DNA from: Oculina patagonica
Taxonomy: Eukaryota
DNA length: 64,000 bases
Assembly: GCF_052425735.1 (NCBI RefSeq)
Contig: NC_135771.1
Location: 4,526,001-4,590,000 of the forward strand
Reading direction: 5' to 3'
The position numbers were made by a program, and so were the translations under genes. Positions 41,801 through 56,800 of the stretch are shown here, piece after piece; position 1 is the first letter of the stretch, and each line of letters opens with the position of its first letter. The notes under the pieces are model-generated. The model had not been told where the DNA came from. It saw only the letters and a list, made by a program, of their open reading frames with translations, and searched no databases.

Positions 41801-44800
41801 TCCTGGATTCCAAGGGGTACATCACACTTGTCTGCAACCAGAAAGGAGGAAACAAAATCAGCCACAGTACCGACAAAACGTCAACAGACGCATCCATCTT
41901 CGCACATTGCTGACAATTACTATGCATGTCACTTTCGATGACATGCATGATGAATCTATTAGCAGTGTTAAGTCAGGCATTTGGAACCTAAGGTTACAAC
42001 TTCTCAGAGTTCCTTGAATTTACCCTGCAATGGGGTGGAATTCCATCCAAAATGGGAGGAGATATACATATGCGTTATTGACCAAGCTTGTTCGGTCAAG
42101 ATAGCTGGATACTGGCCAACTTTTTTTTGTGCTTTTATGGACAATAAAAACGCAGAAAAAAACGAGACCAATATCCAGCCATCTTGACCGAACAAGCTTG
42201 GTCGATAATCGATTTATTATGTGGCTAAAAAGAGAGCTTTTTCCTGTTGGGCCGACACTGGAAATCCCGATCGGGCAAGATAGTGAGTTTTATATTACCT
42301 GCTTTGCATCCATAGAATTCCACTCTCATACTGATATGGCGATACCATCCACGTGGGATAATGCGGCAAAAGCGAGCAATGATTGGTGGGTTTATGACAT
42401 TTGCAACAATGCTGTGTTGGTCTCGATTTGCTTGGAAATACTGGAAATCATGAAAATAGCAAGTGGTTTGAAATATACTTAGAATTTTAATAACAACAAA
42501 TGTTCAAAGGGGCAGCGGTTCATAGATCACAAAGGTAAACAAGACAAAACATAAAGCACTACGTTTATAACCGTTTATTAAATGATTTTGAAATCGCTGA
42601 TTGTTCTATTGGTTTTCATTGGGTACTTACCTTTTTACTGTAAGCTACCATTTCACAATTAAGTGTTGGCATTAAAATGAATTTTTACTAGTTAAAACAA
42701 CGGAAACAATCACGGTGAGATAATCTACCCTGGTATGGCTGCAGATGAACAAAGGGCAGCAAGTAAGCAAGGGTGTTTCAACGTTTTTCCTGTCATCACA
42801 ACTTTTCGTATCAGAGAGAAAACTTAAAAATGAGATTCCAACAGAGTATTCCCAAACTCCCTCTAGAGATTGCATTACAATACTATATAAATGTCTTTGT
42901 TTCTACCTTATCAGCACTCTTATATCTGTACAAGGTCCAATGAGCTCCATCCTGACTGTAGCTTAACTGGTATCTTGTCACCCATTGGTTGGTATCTTGA
43001 CGTCCCTGTGTTTCAATTTTCGTGATTTTTATTGGTCGTTTAAAGTCCACCTTTAGCCATTGATGATGATTGTTGTGTCGTGCGCACCAGGCTCCAACAT
43101 ACCGACCACGTTTGACTGTACCCAGTCTTGCAAGTCTGGCAGTGTGGTATTTATTCCACTCGGAAGAAGCCGAGATTTGGGCGTTCCTGATAGCACCGCT
43201 CTTCATACCCAAAGCACTGTTACACAATGCAGCTATTGTGGAGGACAAAGGATTAGTTAGTGTTAAAGAAAAGACTCTTCAGCGGTACAGTATAGGAATG
43301 CCTTATAGCAAAGGATTAAAAAAAACGCAATTTGCTGTAACTTTAAAATAAGTAGCTTAAACGTAAGTTAATAATTAATCAGATCGCAAAGCTTAATGTA
43401 AGACTGATTATTGTTTAATGGTATTGAAGAAATTACCTGAGCATCCAAACAATTCAATTCGCATTGATATCCAACCATACCAGGCCTTGGGGTGAACTCG
43501 GACAAACACAGCGGCAAATCTCTTTCTGAAGCGATGATACACTACAGAGTGGCGGTCTGTGTTGCCTGTAAGCAACTAAAATAAAGAAAAATAACGGAAT
43601 CTCGATAAGATGCTAACACTCATTAAAGTGCATCAACATCCGCTTGTTTGCAGTAAGACACTACCTCTCTGGAACCTCTTTTTTCAATCGCCCGAAGCAA
43701 ACACTACCTCGACTAGTTTTCAGGGCTGTTTGTGGAAAAACGCATTAACAAAGCTTAAGATATGTTAGGGTCGTAGATTTTCTCTTGGCAAAATTGGACA
43801 AATGGGGCAATAAAAAACAGTATTCGCATGGGAACTCAATGCCAAAGAATTTCTGCAAGACTTAACTTCGGAAATATTCTGTATGTTTGTTTGAAATAAC
43901 TGACAAAGGATGTAACAGATCAAATAAGGTTCAAAACTAAAGATGTGCTAGGCATTATAGAATCTGCTAGCTTCCCGTCACATTGACACCGCTTAGCATT
44001 AGATGCTAGACGAGCTCTTCCCACCTCAGACACTTGCTAGTCAGTGGTATATCACAATAAGACCCATATTTTGTTTTCTACTTCTGACATTTCTTGACCG
44101 ATGGAAATTTGTCAATTCTTCTCTTACAAGCTTAGAGTTGCGCAAAAACGCACCACACCATACCTTAACTCTTCCATTTTCTTTGTACTGAGCGAAATCC
44201 ACACCATTCATGCCATATGACACAGTGTAACTCTTAACCCATTGATTGGCATCCTGTCGGCCTTGAGAAGCAATGCCTCTTATTCGGTAGATTTCCTGGA
44301 AATTAACTTGTAACCATTGTCTGTTGTTACGCTGTCGCACGCTCCATGACCAGCGGTGATTCAGTCTTCCATGCCAAGGTGCAAGGTGATGGTTGTAATA
44401 TGTAGAAGCGGACAGTTCACCATTTGTGATCCTCTTGTCTTCCAAGCCCAGAGGTACATTGCATGGGTCTGTTAACAAAATACAATTAAATTTCCGTTAA
44501 TAAACACAATTAAGTGTCTGGTTCATAATCAAGCATTTTAATGTTGGGTTTCACTGCATCTTAACAAGAACAACAATCTGGAAATATTTAAAGGAGACAC
44601 TGTGCTGCCAAAATAGCAAAATTTTATTTAGCTTTTTTCCACATTATATCGCCAAATGCCACTCACTATAAAGCTTTTTGAGTAAAAAGATTCTATAGAG
44701 CAAAACAGAAGCAGTAGTTTTTAGATAAAGTGCAGGATTGCAAGGATTGAAATTTGATTTTTTTTACAGGATGTCAAGAAATCAAACTTGGCATTCTTGT

Positions 44801-47800
44801 AACAGTTTCACCTTTCTAGCCGTTATTTTGTCTGTTTAGTTTATATTTCTTTGCTTTTATCACTTTTGGCGATGATTTCTTCCAGTCTTAAGATAAAAAG
44901 TAAGCCTAAAGCATAGTCATGAAAACACTGGGGAAGGGTGACCCTCATTAACTAAGTACAACACTCAGAGATGAACATTACCTTCTGCACATCCATAGAA
45001 CTCCACTCTCATAGAAATATGCCTGTACCAGCCCCAAGGGCGTATTCGAACAAACCGAGCCCTGAGTGGCGGGAACAGACGATACTGAACAACGCTATTC
45101 TGATCTCGGTTTCCTGTGAAGTACTGACGATAATAAAATGAAACAATTCAAATTATTAAATTTTATATAATGACTGAGAGAATTTCTGCGCGCTCATTGG
45201 TCGAGAGGTATGGTCGATGAGAGTATGGACCATGAAAATGACGTGACCTGTAACGCAACGTAAGCGAAGTTCAGAAACTTGTCACCACTTTTCCAAAACG
45301 CAAATTCGGCAAGTTGTGAAATGTTAACTGGACGGAATGTCCCACACATTCGATGGCTTCAAGTAGAGAAAAAAAAAAAAACTGCGAAATCACTAGCCGT
45401 CACATGTGCGCACGAGTTCTCGCTGATTATGCATCTAATTCGCTGATAAATTCTCAATGAATAATTGTACAGCACATGTTGACCACATTTTTTCTAATTC
45501 TTTACACTCTTACAGGCCGTAGAAATGCCGCCATAAAATGTCCAAAACTTTGCAGTGAGACCTAAGCCAAACGGCTAGTGATCCCACTAGAGTGTTATGA
45601 ATTTTATGACGTAAATTCTATGGTCTATATGCAGATTTGAAAAATGGTCGATTTGAAAAATGTTAACGGCGTAAATAACAAAGAAAACAATAGGAAACAT
45701 TACCTTTCTGTTGCTATTTTCCTTGTACTCAGCAAAACTAGCACCATCCTGACTGTACGTGACAAAATATTGCGTGACCCACTGTGCAGCATCTTGTCGC
45801 CCCTGAGTGGCTATCTTTACTACTCGCATGGCACGACCAAAGTCTACCTGATGCCACTGGTAGCGGTCATTACGTCGGGCACACCAAGCACCCATCCGGG
45901 AACCTGTTCGGCGGAAATGCAGTCGGCCGTTGCGGGGACCATGATTGACATCCCAGCTTGAAGAGGCTGATAGTTGTGTAAGTCGTATGCGGCCATTTTG
46001 CATTCCCAGTGGCCTGTTACATCTCGGACCTAATATACAAAAATCACGGATGAAAGGAGGCAATGAATGTTGATAGTTGGATAAGAATTGAATAGATTAC
46101 CAAAACGTAATGATTGCAGCAGGTTTGGTAGGTTTCTTTTCGCTGAAAAAGTGTCTGCGATTGTTATAAGATAAGAAACCTTGGTACACTCGGCTTACAC
46201 ATCCCTTTTCGTTCATTCAGGCTGACTAATGAATGACTCAATTCAGTCACATTCAGGCTGACTAATGAATGACTCAATTCAGTCACATTCGCAATACTAA
46301 ACTTTTTGGAATCTGGAAGAGATCTAACTGAAATATTGAGTGCTTTCTTCAGCTTAGCAATATTACAGTCTTTCTTGAAATATTTTCCTTTCCATACATT
46401 TTGCATGTCAGGAAAACATTCAAAACATTCATACACTCAACTTTTTCTAGATTTTTAGATTATGTTTGAACCCTGGTAAGAAGCGTCAAAATATGGCCTA
46501 AGCTTCAGACGTTAAAGTAGAAAAGACTAAGAGATTTAGTAAAGGAAAAAACTATAATCAGAAGAAAAGTTTACGATAGGAACTACCTTATGAAAACGAA
46601 AGCTTCTTAAATGACAATGCATAACATGCTTTTCGTAACGCTACCCCTTTAGATATTGATGCTTACCAGTTATGCAGCCGTAGAATTCCACTCTCATTGA
46701 GATCCAGCTACGCCAAGTAACAGGATAAATCCTGAAGTACCTTCCTGACAGCGGTTTCGAGAATCGATTGGTCACGACCATATAACGGTCATAATTACCC
46801 ATAAATATCTAAACAAACGAAACAAACTAATTAACAAAAATTGATTACGTTATAGTCAATGGTGTTTGTCACCAACATGTACAACTTTTTACTTATACTG
46901 CAGTTTCCATTTCATTCTCTGGAAGGTACTTGGTATTTTGTGTTGCGGGAACTATTGTTAGTTAGCCGTTGTGCTGTGTTTTTGGCATCGCCTATTCTCG
47001 TTTGAAGACAATGTTTTACATCATTTGATCAAACCATCCGCAACGTCAAGAAACAACCTGTATTTGTGTAGTACATGTACAGCAATGAGGAACAGTTGCA
47101 TAATTTAATGGCCTACAGCATAGAAACCTGGTCAGCATTCTTAAGATTGCTGGAGTTGCAGAACTCACATAAACAAATAAATTAGGTCTGCTTGGCATTT
47201 GTAACACAACTTTGTATCAAGATAACAAGCTTGGTGTTATATTAGCCACACAGTCGACGGCAAAAAACCCAGACATAAGCCCTACGAGCTCTTAAAGAGT
47301 TTCATTAAGCTAGCGCACCTTAGTACGACGCCCTTCTCTATACGGTGTAAAACGCTGACCATCTCGGCTGTACGCCACATAATAGCTTGTCACCCACTGA
47401 TCAGAGTTCTGACGACCTTGCGTGGAGACACGCGTGACTCGAGTACGTCCTCCGAAATCGAACTGAATCCACTGACGTTTGTCACTTCGCTTCGCACACC
47501 ACGCCCCTCCAAGCCTGCCCACACGTCTCTGATGCAGTCTGGCATTTCTTGGTGCACAGTAGTAGTTGTAGAATGAGGAAGCGGTAACAAGTTGGTTAGG
47601 AAAGCGACCATCTTCTAAGCCAAGTGGAACATCGCAACGGCCTAAACAAGAAATGCATTTGTTGTATTGCTATTCTGTACTGTTTTAAATTCAGTTTAAT
47701 TAACAATTATTCACCGAAGTGGAGGTGAATATTGGTGAACTTTTACCGATACTTGTTTTAGTATGTACCACACAAGCTGAATAATTAGCGGACCAAAACA

Positions 47801-50800
47801 TTACTTTCTCTAACCAAATTGACACGGGAAGCCATTTCGTTTCTCTTCAGCTGCTTGGATGTGAGAAGTGCTTTGGTAATCACCTCCTAATTAACCAATC
47901 GGAGCGCTTGAAAAGTACTATTCACTACAAGTGAACATGAAACAAGAACAAGAAGCACGAACATGGCTTAATGACTTTTACAGCATCTTGCTCCGATGAA
48001 GAATCAGTTAAAGTGTACAACTATCGCAAAAGACAAAGATGATGAAGAAAGACAGTTTAGTGGTGAATTGCAACAATAAGCTAAATTAAACAATCCAATA
48101 TGGCCATTGGAGGCTATGAAGGGAGGAAAGGCCTAATATGGACTAGTTTTAAAATACCTAACCGAGGCTAAACCTTTGTTTTGTTTCATTAAAACTCGCT
48201 TCTTATATGCAATGGTTTGTTTCAAACTAATATTACATATTGTAATTGAAAGATAAGCTGAACAGTCTCATAAATCAAGAGTCTTACTCCATGGACATCC
48301 ATACAGCTCCAGTCTCAGGGAAATGTGTGATCGCCAGCCACGTATTTGCAGTCGAACAAAGCGTCCATAGATGGGATAAGGAAGAGGATTGTTACGAATT
48401 GAATATCTGTCCACATTGGCGGGGAAAGTCTGCGAAAGAAAAGAACAGAAATATTATTTTTATCAGGGATAAGAATGATTTTGTTCCAACGTGGTTATTA
48501 CATTACTGATATCACTGGTGGTCAAATGTCCCCAAAAATTTCTAGTAGTCCCTTAATTGTGCGTTGGTTTTTAGCCAAATGCTTATGAAAACTTTCTTGA
48601 GAAATTGCCGCTACCTTGCATCGCCACTTGACTTGTTTCTTATCATCACCTACTTTGCCTGAACTTTGTTTTCTCTGGTAGTGTGTGCTCTTAAGATATT
48701 TGTAAGTCAGCATTAGCTGCCATTGCCGTTTATTGTGAATATCGACTTCAAAAGACACAAAGCTCTTTAAGTTAAAGACTAGCAAGGAAACTCACCTTCA
48801 CTACATCCCACCAATTCTTAACCTTGGCAAACTTCACACCATCCGAGCTGTACAGAACATAAAATGCTGTCACCCACTGGGCGGCTTCTTGCCTGCCTTG
48901 TGTAGCTATGCCAGTGACCTTCATTGACCTTGAAAGGTCAACCTGAATCCACTGATTGTAGTTGTTTTTCTTGGCAGACCAGGCCCCCATCAGTCTTCCA
49001 CGGCGCAGACGTCCAAGTCTGGCAAGATAGGAAGCGTGGTTATTGTCCCACTGCGATGAGGCTCGGATGGCTGCATTCTTGATTCGGCCATTTTGCATGC
49101 CCAGGGCTCCGTCACACATTCGTTCTGAAACAAATGTAACAAAAGTTCAAAGAGAAGAAAACCTCCTGAATTACCTGTAAAAAACGTTACCATTGAAAAT
49201 CTCTCTCTATCTAGGCTCTGGCTACGGTTTGTAAACATTTTGTTGATATAGAAGACTTTCGCACCATACTTCAATGAACTTAACCAAGATGGTGTTTTTC
49301 TAACAAGTCTGAAGTATGTAAACTGTAAATTAGACCTTACAAGTTGCTCTTCAAAGGACCTTTGCCGTGGAATAACATTCTTGCCAGTGCTTAAGTGTAT
49401 CAGACTGTATATGGGGCAGCAAGTATTTAATTCGAATTATGACTGACCAGATTTGTTTAGCCTGTTTATTTTACCTTTATATCGGCACCCATATAGCTCA
49501 ACTCTCATGGCAATATACGATCTCCACTGTTTTGGATGGATCCTTAAATACCGGGTTCTGATATAGGGTGATACCCTCTGTGCAACGGTATGGTAAATAT
49601 CGTAGTTTCCACGGAATCTCTGTGGCAAAAATAAAGTAAAGTAACTAGATGTGATATGGCAATATTATTATAATTGAGTAACGTTTTATTCAAAGCCCAG
49701 ATGTACACCTTGGATACATCTTGTGTTACAGTAGCATAAATCAAGGAAGAGTATTGCAACTGGATGGTAACCTAATACAGGCTATCCAATAATATGCTGT
49801 TAGTAATAGTAACACAGAGCCAGTGCTAAGGCCGGGCCTCATTCTAAACCTACAAGTAGGCCAGACTTATTTAAAAACTTGTACAAAACTTTCACGCACC
49901 TTGAGTCTTCCACCAACTGAATAAGCTCTAAATCTGCGGCCATCTTTACTGTATGAAAGGACATAGCTGATCACCCATTGATGGGCTTCTCTCCGTCCTT
50001 GCGTGGCGATTCCTTTGATGATACTCATCTGCCGCATGTCAATCTGCAGCCATTGCCTGGTGTTTCGATATTTTGCTACCCAGGCCCCTGTTCTTCCATG
50101 ACCAGCGTAGATGTTTAGACGCGCACGTTCAGGTCCGTGATTGTAGTTGTATGAAGACGAGGCTCGAAGATGTCCTGGTAAGATACGGCGATCTTCCATA
50201 CCAAGAGGCATTGTGCAACGGTCTGTTAAAAGAAAAGCGCTTAAAAGTTTACCTTTTATGGCACCCAAAAGTGAAGAAAATCAAGCAATGGAAGGAAAGT
50301 ATTTGCCACATACATTGAACACATAGAACAAACTTAGTAAGGGACAGTGGCGACAAAAGAAAAACCATCATATGATATAGATGGCAAAAACCAAGGATAC
50401 TTCGGTTTGGTCCCAGGAGACATCAAGATTACAAGGAAAAACAAAACTTGCCTATATCTGATGGACTTATAGTGGCCAAGGTATTAACTCTGATCATAGA
50501 GCCAAGGAAGAAGATAAAATATCATTATTTTATAATGAAATATGTTACATGTCTACCTGTGAAGCATCCATAGAGTTCCACTCTCATGGAGATATGCTTG
50601 TACCATCCCCATGGATGAACCCTGATATAACGACCTCGAATTGCGGGATTAAAGGGGTTGGAGACAACAGTGTTACGGTCGCGGTTTCCAGTGAAATACT
50701 GTCAAGAAGTAAAAACATAGCTGTTAGGAAAAATCTAGGAGGTTAGGTGGTTGGAAAAAATCTAGTTAAGAAGTGTGCAGAATTAGGACTTATGACACAA

Positions 50801-53800
50801 AATCCAGAGTTCTCATTGTTGTCTAGATAAAATTCATGTAAGTACTTAATTAATATCATCATGGTGTGTTTTTACAACTGATATAGATATTCTATAAGCT
50901 TTTTATTTAATTAAGTCACTAAGTTACAAAGTGTGTTCTTGGCTCTAATGCTAAGTTGGCTCATGTTTTTTGAGAAGTCTGTAAATAATGCAAATAAAGT
51001 TTGACCATCTAATGCAATGCATCATGACGTCTAGATCTGTTTCGTAACATTTCCTTCCAGGCACTTTCGTAGCTCCCCATATCTACTGTTATACTACTAC
51101 TTCTACTTTTATAATATGTTTTTGATGCAATATTTACATTTTAATTTAACATTAAAAAGATATGTAACATTACCTTTCTATTGTTTCGCTCTTTGTACTC
51201 CACAAAATTGATCGCATTAACACTGTGAGTAATGTAATACTGCGTGACCCATTGATTTGCATCCTGCCTGCCTTGAGTGGAGATCTTAATGATCTTGGAT
51301 GGCCTTGTGAAGTCAATCTGGAGATACTGATATCTATTATTACTCCTTGCACACCATGCACCCATGTACTTTCCATGGCGTGGGCGATGGAGTCTCCCCA
51401 AGAAGGCAGCATGGTACCTGTCCCACTGAGAGGAGGCTTTCATGAGGTGGTGTTTGAGACGTCCATTTTGTAATCCCATTGGTCGATTACACAAGTGACC
51501 TTGAAAAGAGAAAGAAATTGCATGTTCAGTTATGGTAAGTACATTGAATTCCACCCCAACTTAAGAAATGCGATGTTTTAGAGCAATACTACAAGGAAGA
51601 ACAGCATGATAGCTTTCGACAGAATGGGTATAATGGAAATCGGTTTGACTTACGGTGCAACACATCAAATACTCTTAAGGCCTGGCTTAACTAGGAATCA
51701 TTGTTCCTTGTCATGTGGCCTAATGATAGGGAAACAAGGAAAATGTTTTGCTGTGCAAGTGGGTAAACTTGGAAACAATGTTCCGGGAACAAAGTGTCAC
51801 GTATGCGCATAAACCGGTCAGCATTGTTCCCATGGTGGCTAAACTGGGCAATATATATTTCGAAAGCGAAATTTGTGTCCGGAAAGCAAAAATGTTTTTG
51901 ATTTGAGGCAAAACATTTTTTGTTTCCGTGAAGCCAAAATTTGTTTCTGCAACATATGTTTCTGTTTGGCTAAACTGGGAAACATTTGGTTCCTAATTTA
52001 GCCAGGCCTTTAGGTAATATTCAACAAGGTTATCGTAGCTCATTGTTCAAAACGCTCATGCTACTGAATTTTGTAATTGGGGCTATTTAATTAAAAACTC
52101 TTTAAGTAACGGTAGCACCATTTGCAATGTATAAGAACAATACTGTGAGAAAGAATTGCTTCATACCTTTAAAGAATGGTTCAATTTCAATGGACATTTG
52201 GTTTGACGTACGGCGTAATGTATCAAATTATCAAGGTTACCACAGTTCAGTGTTCAGAGCGCTCATGCTACAGAATGTTCGATGAGTAACCCAGCAGAAT
52301 TTGTCAACAATGGCACAGTTCCCAGACTAGGTAAAGACCTTCTAGTTATGTTACTATCGTTATGTTGGTATGTTATTTTACACATCCCTTACCCAGTCTA
52401 CAGCCGAAAAGTTCAACTCTCATAGAAATGTAGCTGTACCAACTCCTGACATTGATGCGCACATAACGAGCCACAAATGGCCTGAAGAAACGATGAGTCA
52501 CCACGTAGTACCTCTCAATATTGGCTTGGAAGATCTTAAATGAAAGAAAAAACATTTTGCATGGCCTGTAAATACCTGACAACCGAGAAAAAGTCCAAAT
52601 AATATCTTAAAAGGCCTTAACACTAAAAGTAATTTATAGTCACAGTATGTTAGGGTGGCTAATCTCTACACTGAGTAGTTGCAAAGTCTGCAAACAAACA
52701 ATGTCTGCCCGAATCGCACAATAGGAGCTGTAAAATTTTGAAACGCAGACACATGACACATCCCAGGTCATTTGAATATCCTCTTAGGACACTGCTGCCT
52801 GTTTCTTCAAAATGTCTCTCACATCTTAGTGTGCAAACGAACTTGCAAAATGAAGTCATTTTACCTGCGTTTCAATAGGTTTTTCACTTTAGTGTCGAAG
52901 TAATTCGTGTTTGCTTTGGTTTTGCATGACTATGCTTAGTGATTGCTTTATAAATATCGCGCCACTTTCTCAACCAACTAAAACCAATCGTGCTTCGCTT
53001 TCACGCACTTTCCCGCGCTCCTGTCTGGTGTTTTCATTGGTTCACTGGATTGTCCCCGTCCTTTGTGATTGGCCGAGTGATTACTTTGCTTTTGGCGTTA
53101 CAGCATTCAAACGAAAAAAATAGCTCTATAATAAAATACATTTGTTATCACTCTGATGTATGCCAGCATACCCTTGTCTTTCTTCCCTCTCTGTAAGGCG
53201 CAAACTTGTCACCCTTCAGGCTGTAAGACACTGTGTAGGACTTGACAAACTGGTTGGCATCATATCGTCCCTGAGTAGAGATTCTCTTCACTCTAGACTT
53301 TGCTCCCAAGTCAACCTGTAACCACTGCTTAGTGTTGCGGTACTTAGCAATCCAGCCTCCTCGGGTGGAGCCATAGTTCCGTGCCTGCAGCCTGGCGCTC
53401 CAGGGACCATAATAGTGGTTGTACATGGATGAGGCAGTAAGCATAGCTGTGGTAACACGTCCGTCTTGAAGACCAAGAGGAACGTCGCATGGATCTGTAC
53501 AAATGATAAATAATAAATAAATGTTCCTTTTAGTAACTTTCATCAGAGTCAAAACCAAAATGCTGCAAGAAATATCGTAAGAAGGAGGTGGCGTATGGTG
53601 TTTTATGAAATTTAGAATGTGGACAAAACAGCCCTTAAACAGCCCTTAAAAATGTAAGTGTGTTTCATCAACAGGTCATGGTCTTCTTAGTGAACCAGCT
53701 GTTCAAGTAATATATCAAACACGAGACACAGCGTTTGATCGGGATATCCAAACACCGAGAAGATAGTTGAAAATACGACGAGCAGCGGATTATTTTTGAC

Positions 53801-56800
53801 GAAATTCGAGGTGTTTGGATAGCTGATAAACACTGTCTCGGGTGTTTGATATACGGGGTATCTTCTCAATCGAAACAAAAACTACGGAGTAAACAGAGAA
53901 ATAAAATCGTAAAAAAATGTCCTAATTAAGACCGGGTATCCAAACCTTCTTCACAGTACGTACCATTGAAAAAATATTTTAGATCGGTCCTTGTAAACCA
54001 TTGGAGCTCTTGCAGTCTAACATGTTGGATCATGTTTTAATGACAAATCAGATATATAGACAGAAGCTTCTAACAATTTTTGGAAAAACAGCTATTGTTA
54101 ACATAAAGATTTTAATAGTGCAGCTTACAAGCCTAAAACTATTGTCCATTTAACACTAACCAGCTCTGCATCCATAGATTTCCACTCTCATTGAGATATG
54201 ACTTCGCCATCCCCACGGGTGAATTTTGATAAACCGAGCATAAACTGCAGGATTAAGAGCTTGGATTTTGATGCTGTTTTGATCATTGTTGCCACGGAAA
54301 GTCTGAAAAGAAATCATTCCACATGAATCATACATGTAAATACTTGCAACTCAGAGCACAACATTAATGAAAAAAATTGCTTCTGTGTTACAGGTTTCTA
54401 CAGTTCTTTCTCGTTTCCATGTTAAAATCCAAATTCATTTTTTTTCATGTTTCTCTTAAAACCTACGTAAAACCTTTCATCTGATTTTTATTTAGCAAAA
54501 AACCTTTATCGCCGTTCTTGATGCACCTCAGGAAAAATAGACGAACGCACAAAAAAACACCCTTGAAACCACGCATGCACAAAACCACACCCTACTCTAG
54601 TCATAATGTAGCCCTTGATTATTTCACTTGGAAATATCCAACTTCCATGGTCGCTATTCTTTGCAAGGTTCTGTATTTATCACATTTTCTCACCTTGTCA
54701 CTGTTTTTGAATCGATACACTTGCCAATGAATGCCATCTAAACTTGAGGATACTCGATAGTATGTCACCCACTGAGCAGCGTCCTGTCTCCCCTGAGTGG
54801 CTATCTTTGTGATTTTCATTGCTCGACCGAAGTCCATCTTAAGCCACTGATTTTTGTTGTTGTGCCTTGCGCACCAGGCTCCAACATATCTACCTCTCTT
54901 GTGGTGACCCAGTCTCCCAAGTCTAGCCGCATGGTAAACGTTGTATTCTGAGGATGCCGTGATTCTGTTGTTTCGGAGACGACCATTTTGTAATCCCAAG
55001 GGAGTGCTGCACAGTGCACCTGGAAAAACAATATCAATATCATTAACTTTTTAACTCTTTTTATTACTGTTGGCAGACATTGGTCGTTTTCACACTAGAA
55101 GACAGACAAATCGTCTCGACGGACGAGTCGTCTGACGATTTGTTCGTCTAGTGTGAATTTAAGACGGATTTTGGACGACTTGTCCCTCTCGATCACCAAG
55201 TCGTCCTCAAAAAATAGTCATCCTAGACGGACAAATCGACGGACAAATTCAGACGACTTGAACATCTAAAAACGTGTCCGACCCGTTTTCATACAAAGTT
55301 GATTTGTCCGTCTCAGACGATATGTCTGTCTAGACGATTTGTCCGTCTCCAGTATGAAAACGGCCATTAAGCCTATACCAACAAAAAAGCAAATTTGTAT
55401 TGTGCCATTTCAACTTGTTAATGATTGCAGATTTGTAATGATTGCCAAATTGAGGTAGCTGGGATGGCCCATTGGTCATGTTGAATTCCACATTCAATCA
55501 GCCAAGAGTGTTCAGAGTCATTTAGCACAATGTGAGGTTCCAGAAAAAATCCATACCCACACCACAGTGACTTACTGGAAATTCCTTTGGGGAGGGGGTC
55601 TCAAAAGCCAAAACGTTTAAAGGAAAGTATGAAACTAAACTGGAATTTCCAGTGGAGTGAGGGAGGGGAAGGGTGGGATCGACAATCGTATTTAGGGCAA
55701 TCTTTTATTTTTGCACATTTGGTTAGCTCACTAAGGCTACCGACGGCTTTCTTCCAAAAGGAATTAAAAACTAAGAAACTTACTTGTACAGCCAAAGAGT
55801 TCAACTCTCATTGAAATCCAACCGTACCATGTTCTTGGATGGATTCTGACATAAGCAGCACTGAATGGCTTCAAGAAACGGTGATATACTACAGAATGTC
55901 TGTCACTGTTTCCTGAGAAAACCTACCACGGAAAAATAATAATCTGTCATTAATATTGTAAGCTAATATAAAAAAAATTATAGTATGGTTAATGTTTAGA
56001 CTTGTTCTAGCCAGTGTGAATTTTAAAATAAATAGATGAATGAGACAAACTATATACAAACCTAAACCTTAACATTGTTACAATATCTGTATCTCGAAAA
56101 GGTCTTTTTGACAGAAGACAAGCGAAACGTTTTAGAAACAACACAACACTTTTAAGGAAGACTATTTAATAGTCATTATCAGTCCAAGAAAAACAACAAT
56201 TTTAACGTGTTTAAACGTGCCGTTTCACCATGTTGATTTAAAACTCTTTAAAGTACTCACAATGACATAGTTATGCACTCTTTTGCTGCCTTGTCACAAA
56301 TTAGCAACGTAATTCTAAGTTTATTTTATTTATAGTCATTTGAAATTCAACTTATTAATATATTTCGTAACTGACTTCTCACAGTAGGGACTGTCGAACC
56401 ATGTCTTTTTCAAAACTCAAAAGAGATGTGTTGTGTTGTTTCAAACCCTTTACAGCAAATATTGCATGTAAGTGACAGAGCAATTTGATACGAATTCTCG
56501 TATGACAACTGCTGCCCTTTAAAAGCATGAGAAAGTACTGGTGAATAGTTTCAAATCTGCTAACCAAACGATGCTCATATCATAGTAGTTAGAATATTCA
56601 TTAGCCTATACTTATTAATTAACAATTGCATTCAAAGTCTTGTCCAGAAGACAACCTTGTACCCACGCCAAAATCAGCTACTTAAAAAACGCGTTTTTAC
56701 GCAACACTCTAGTTATTACGTGTAAAGATTTATCATACTCTTACCTTGATGCGTCGGTTTTCTCTGTAGGGAACGTAGCTTACACCATCTCGACTATATG

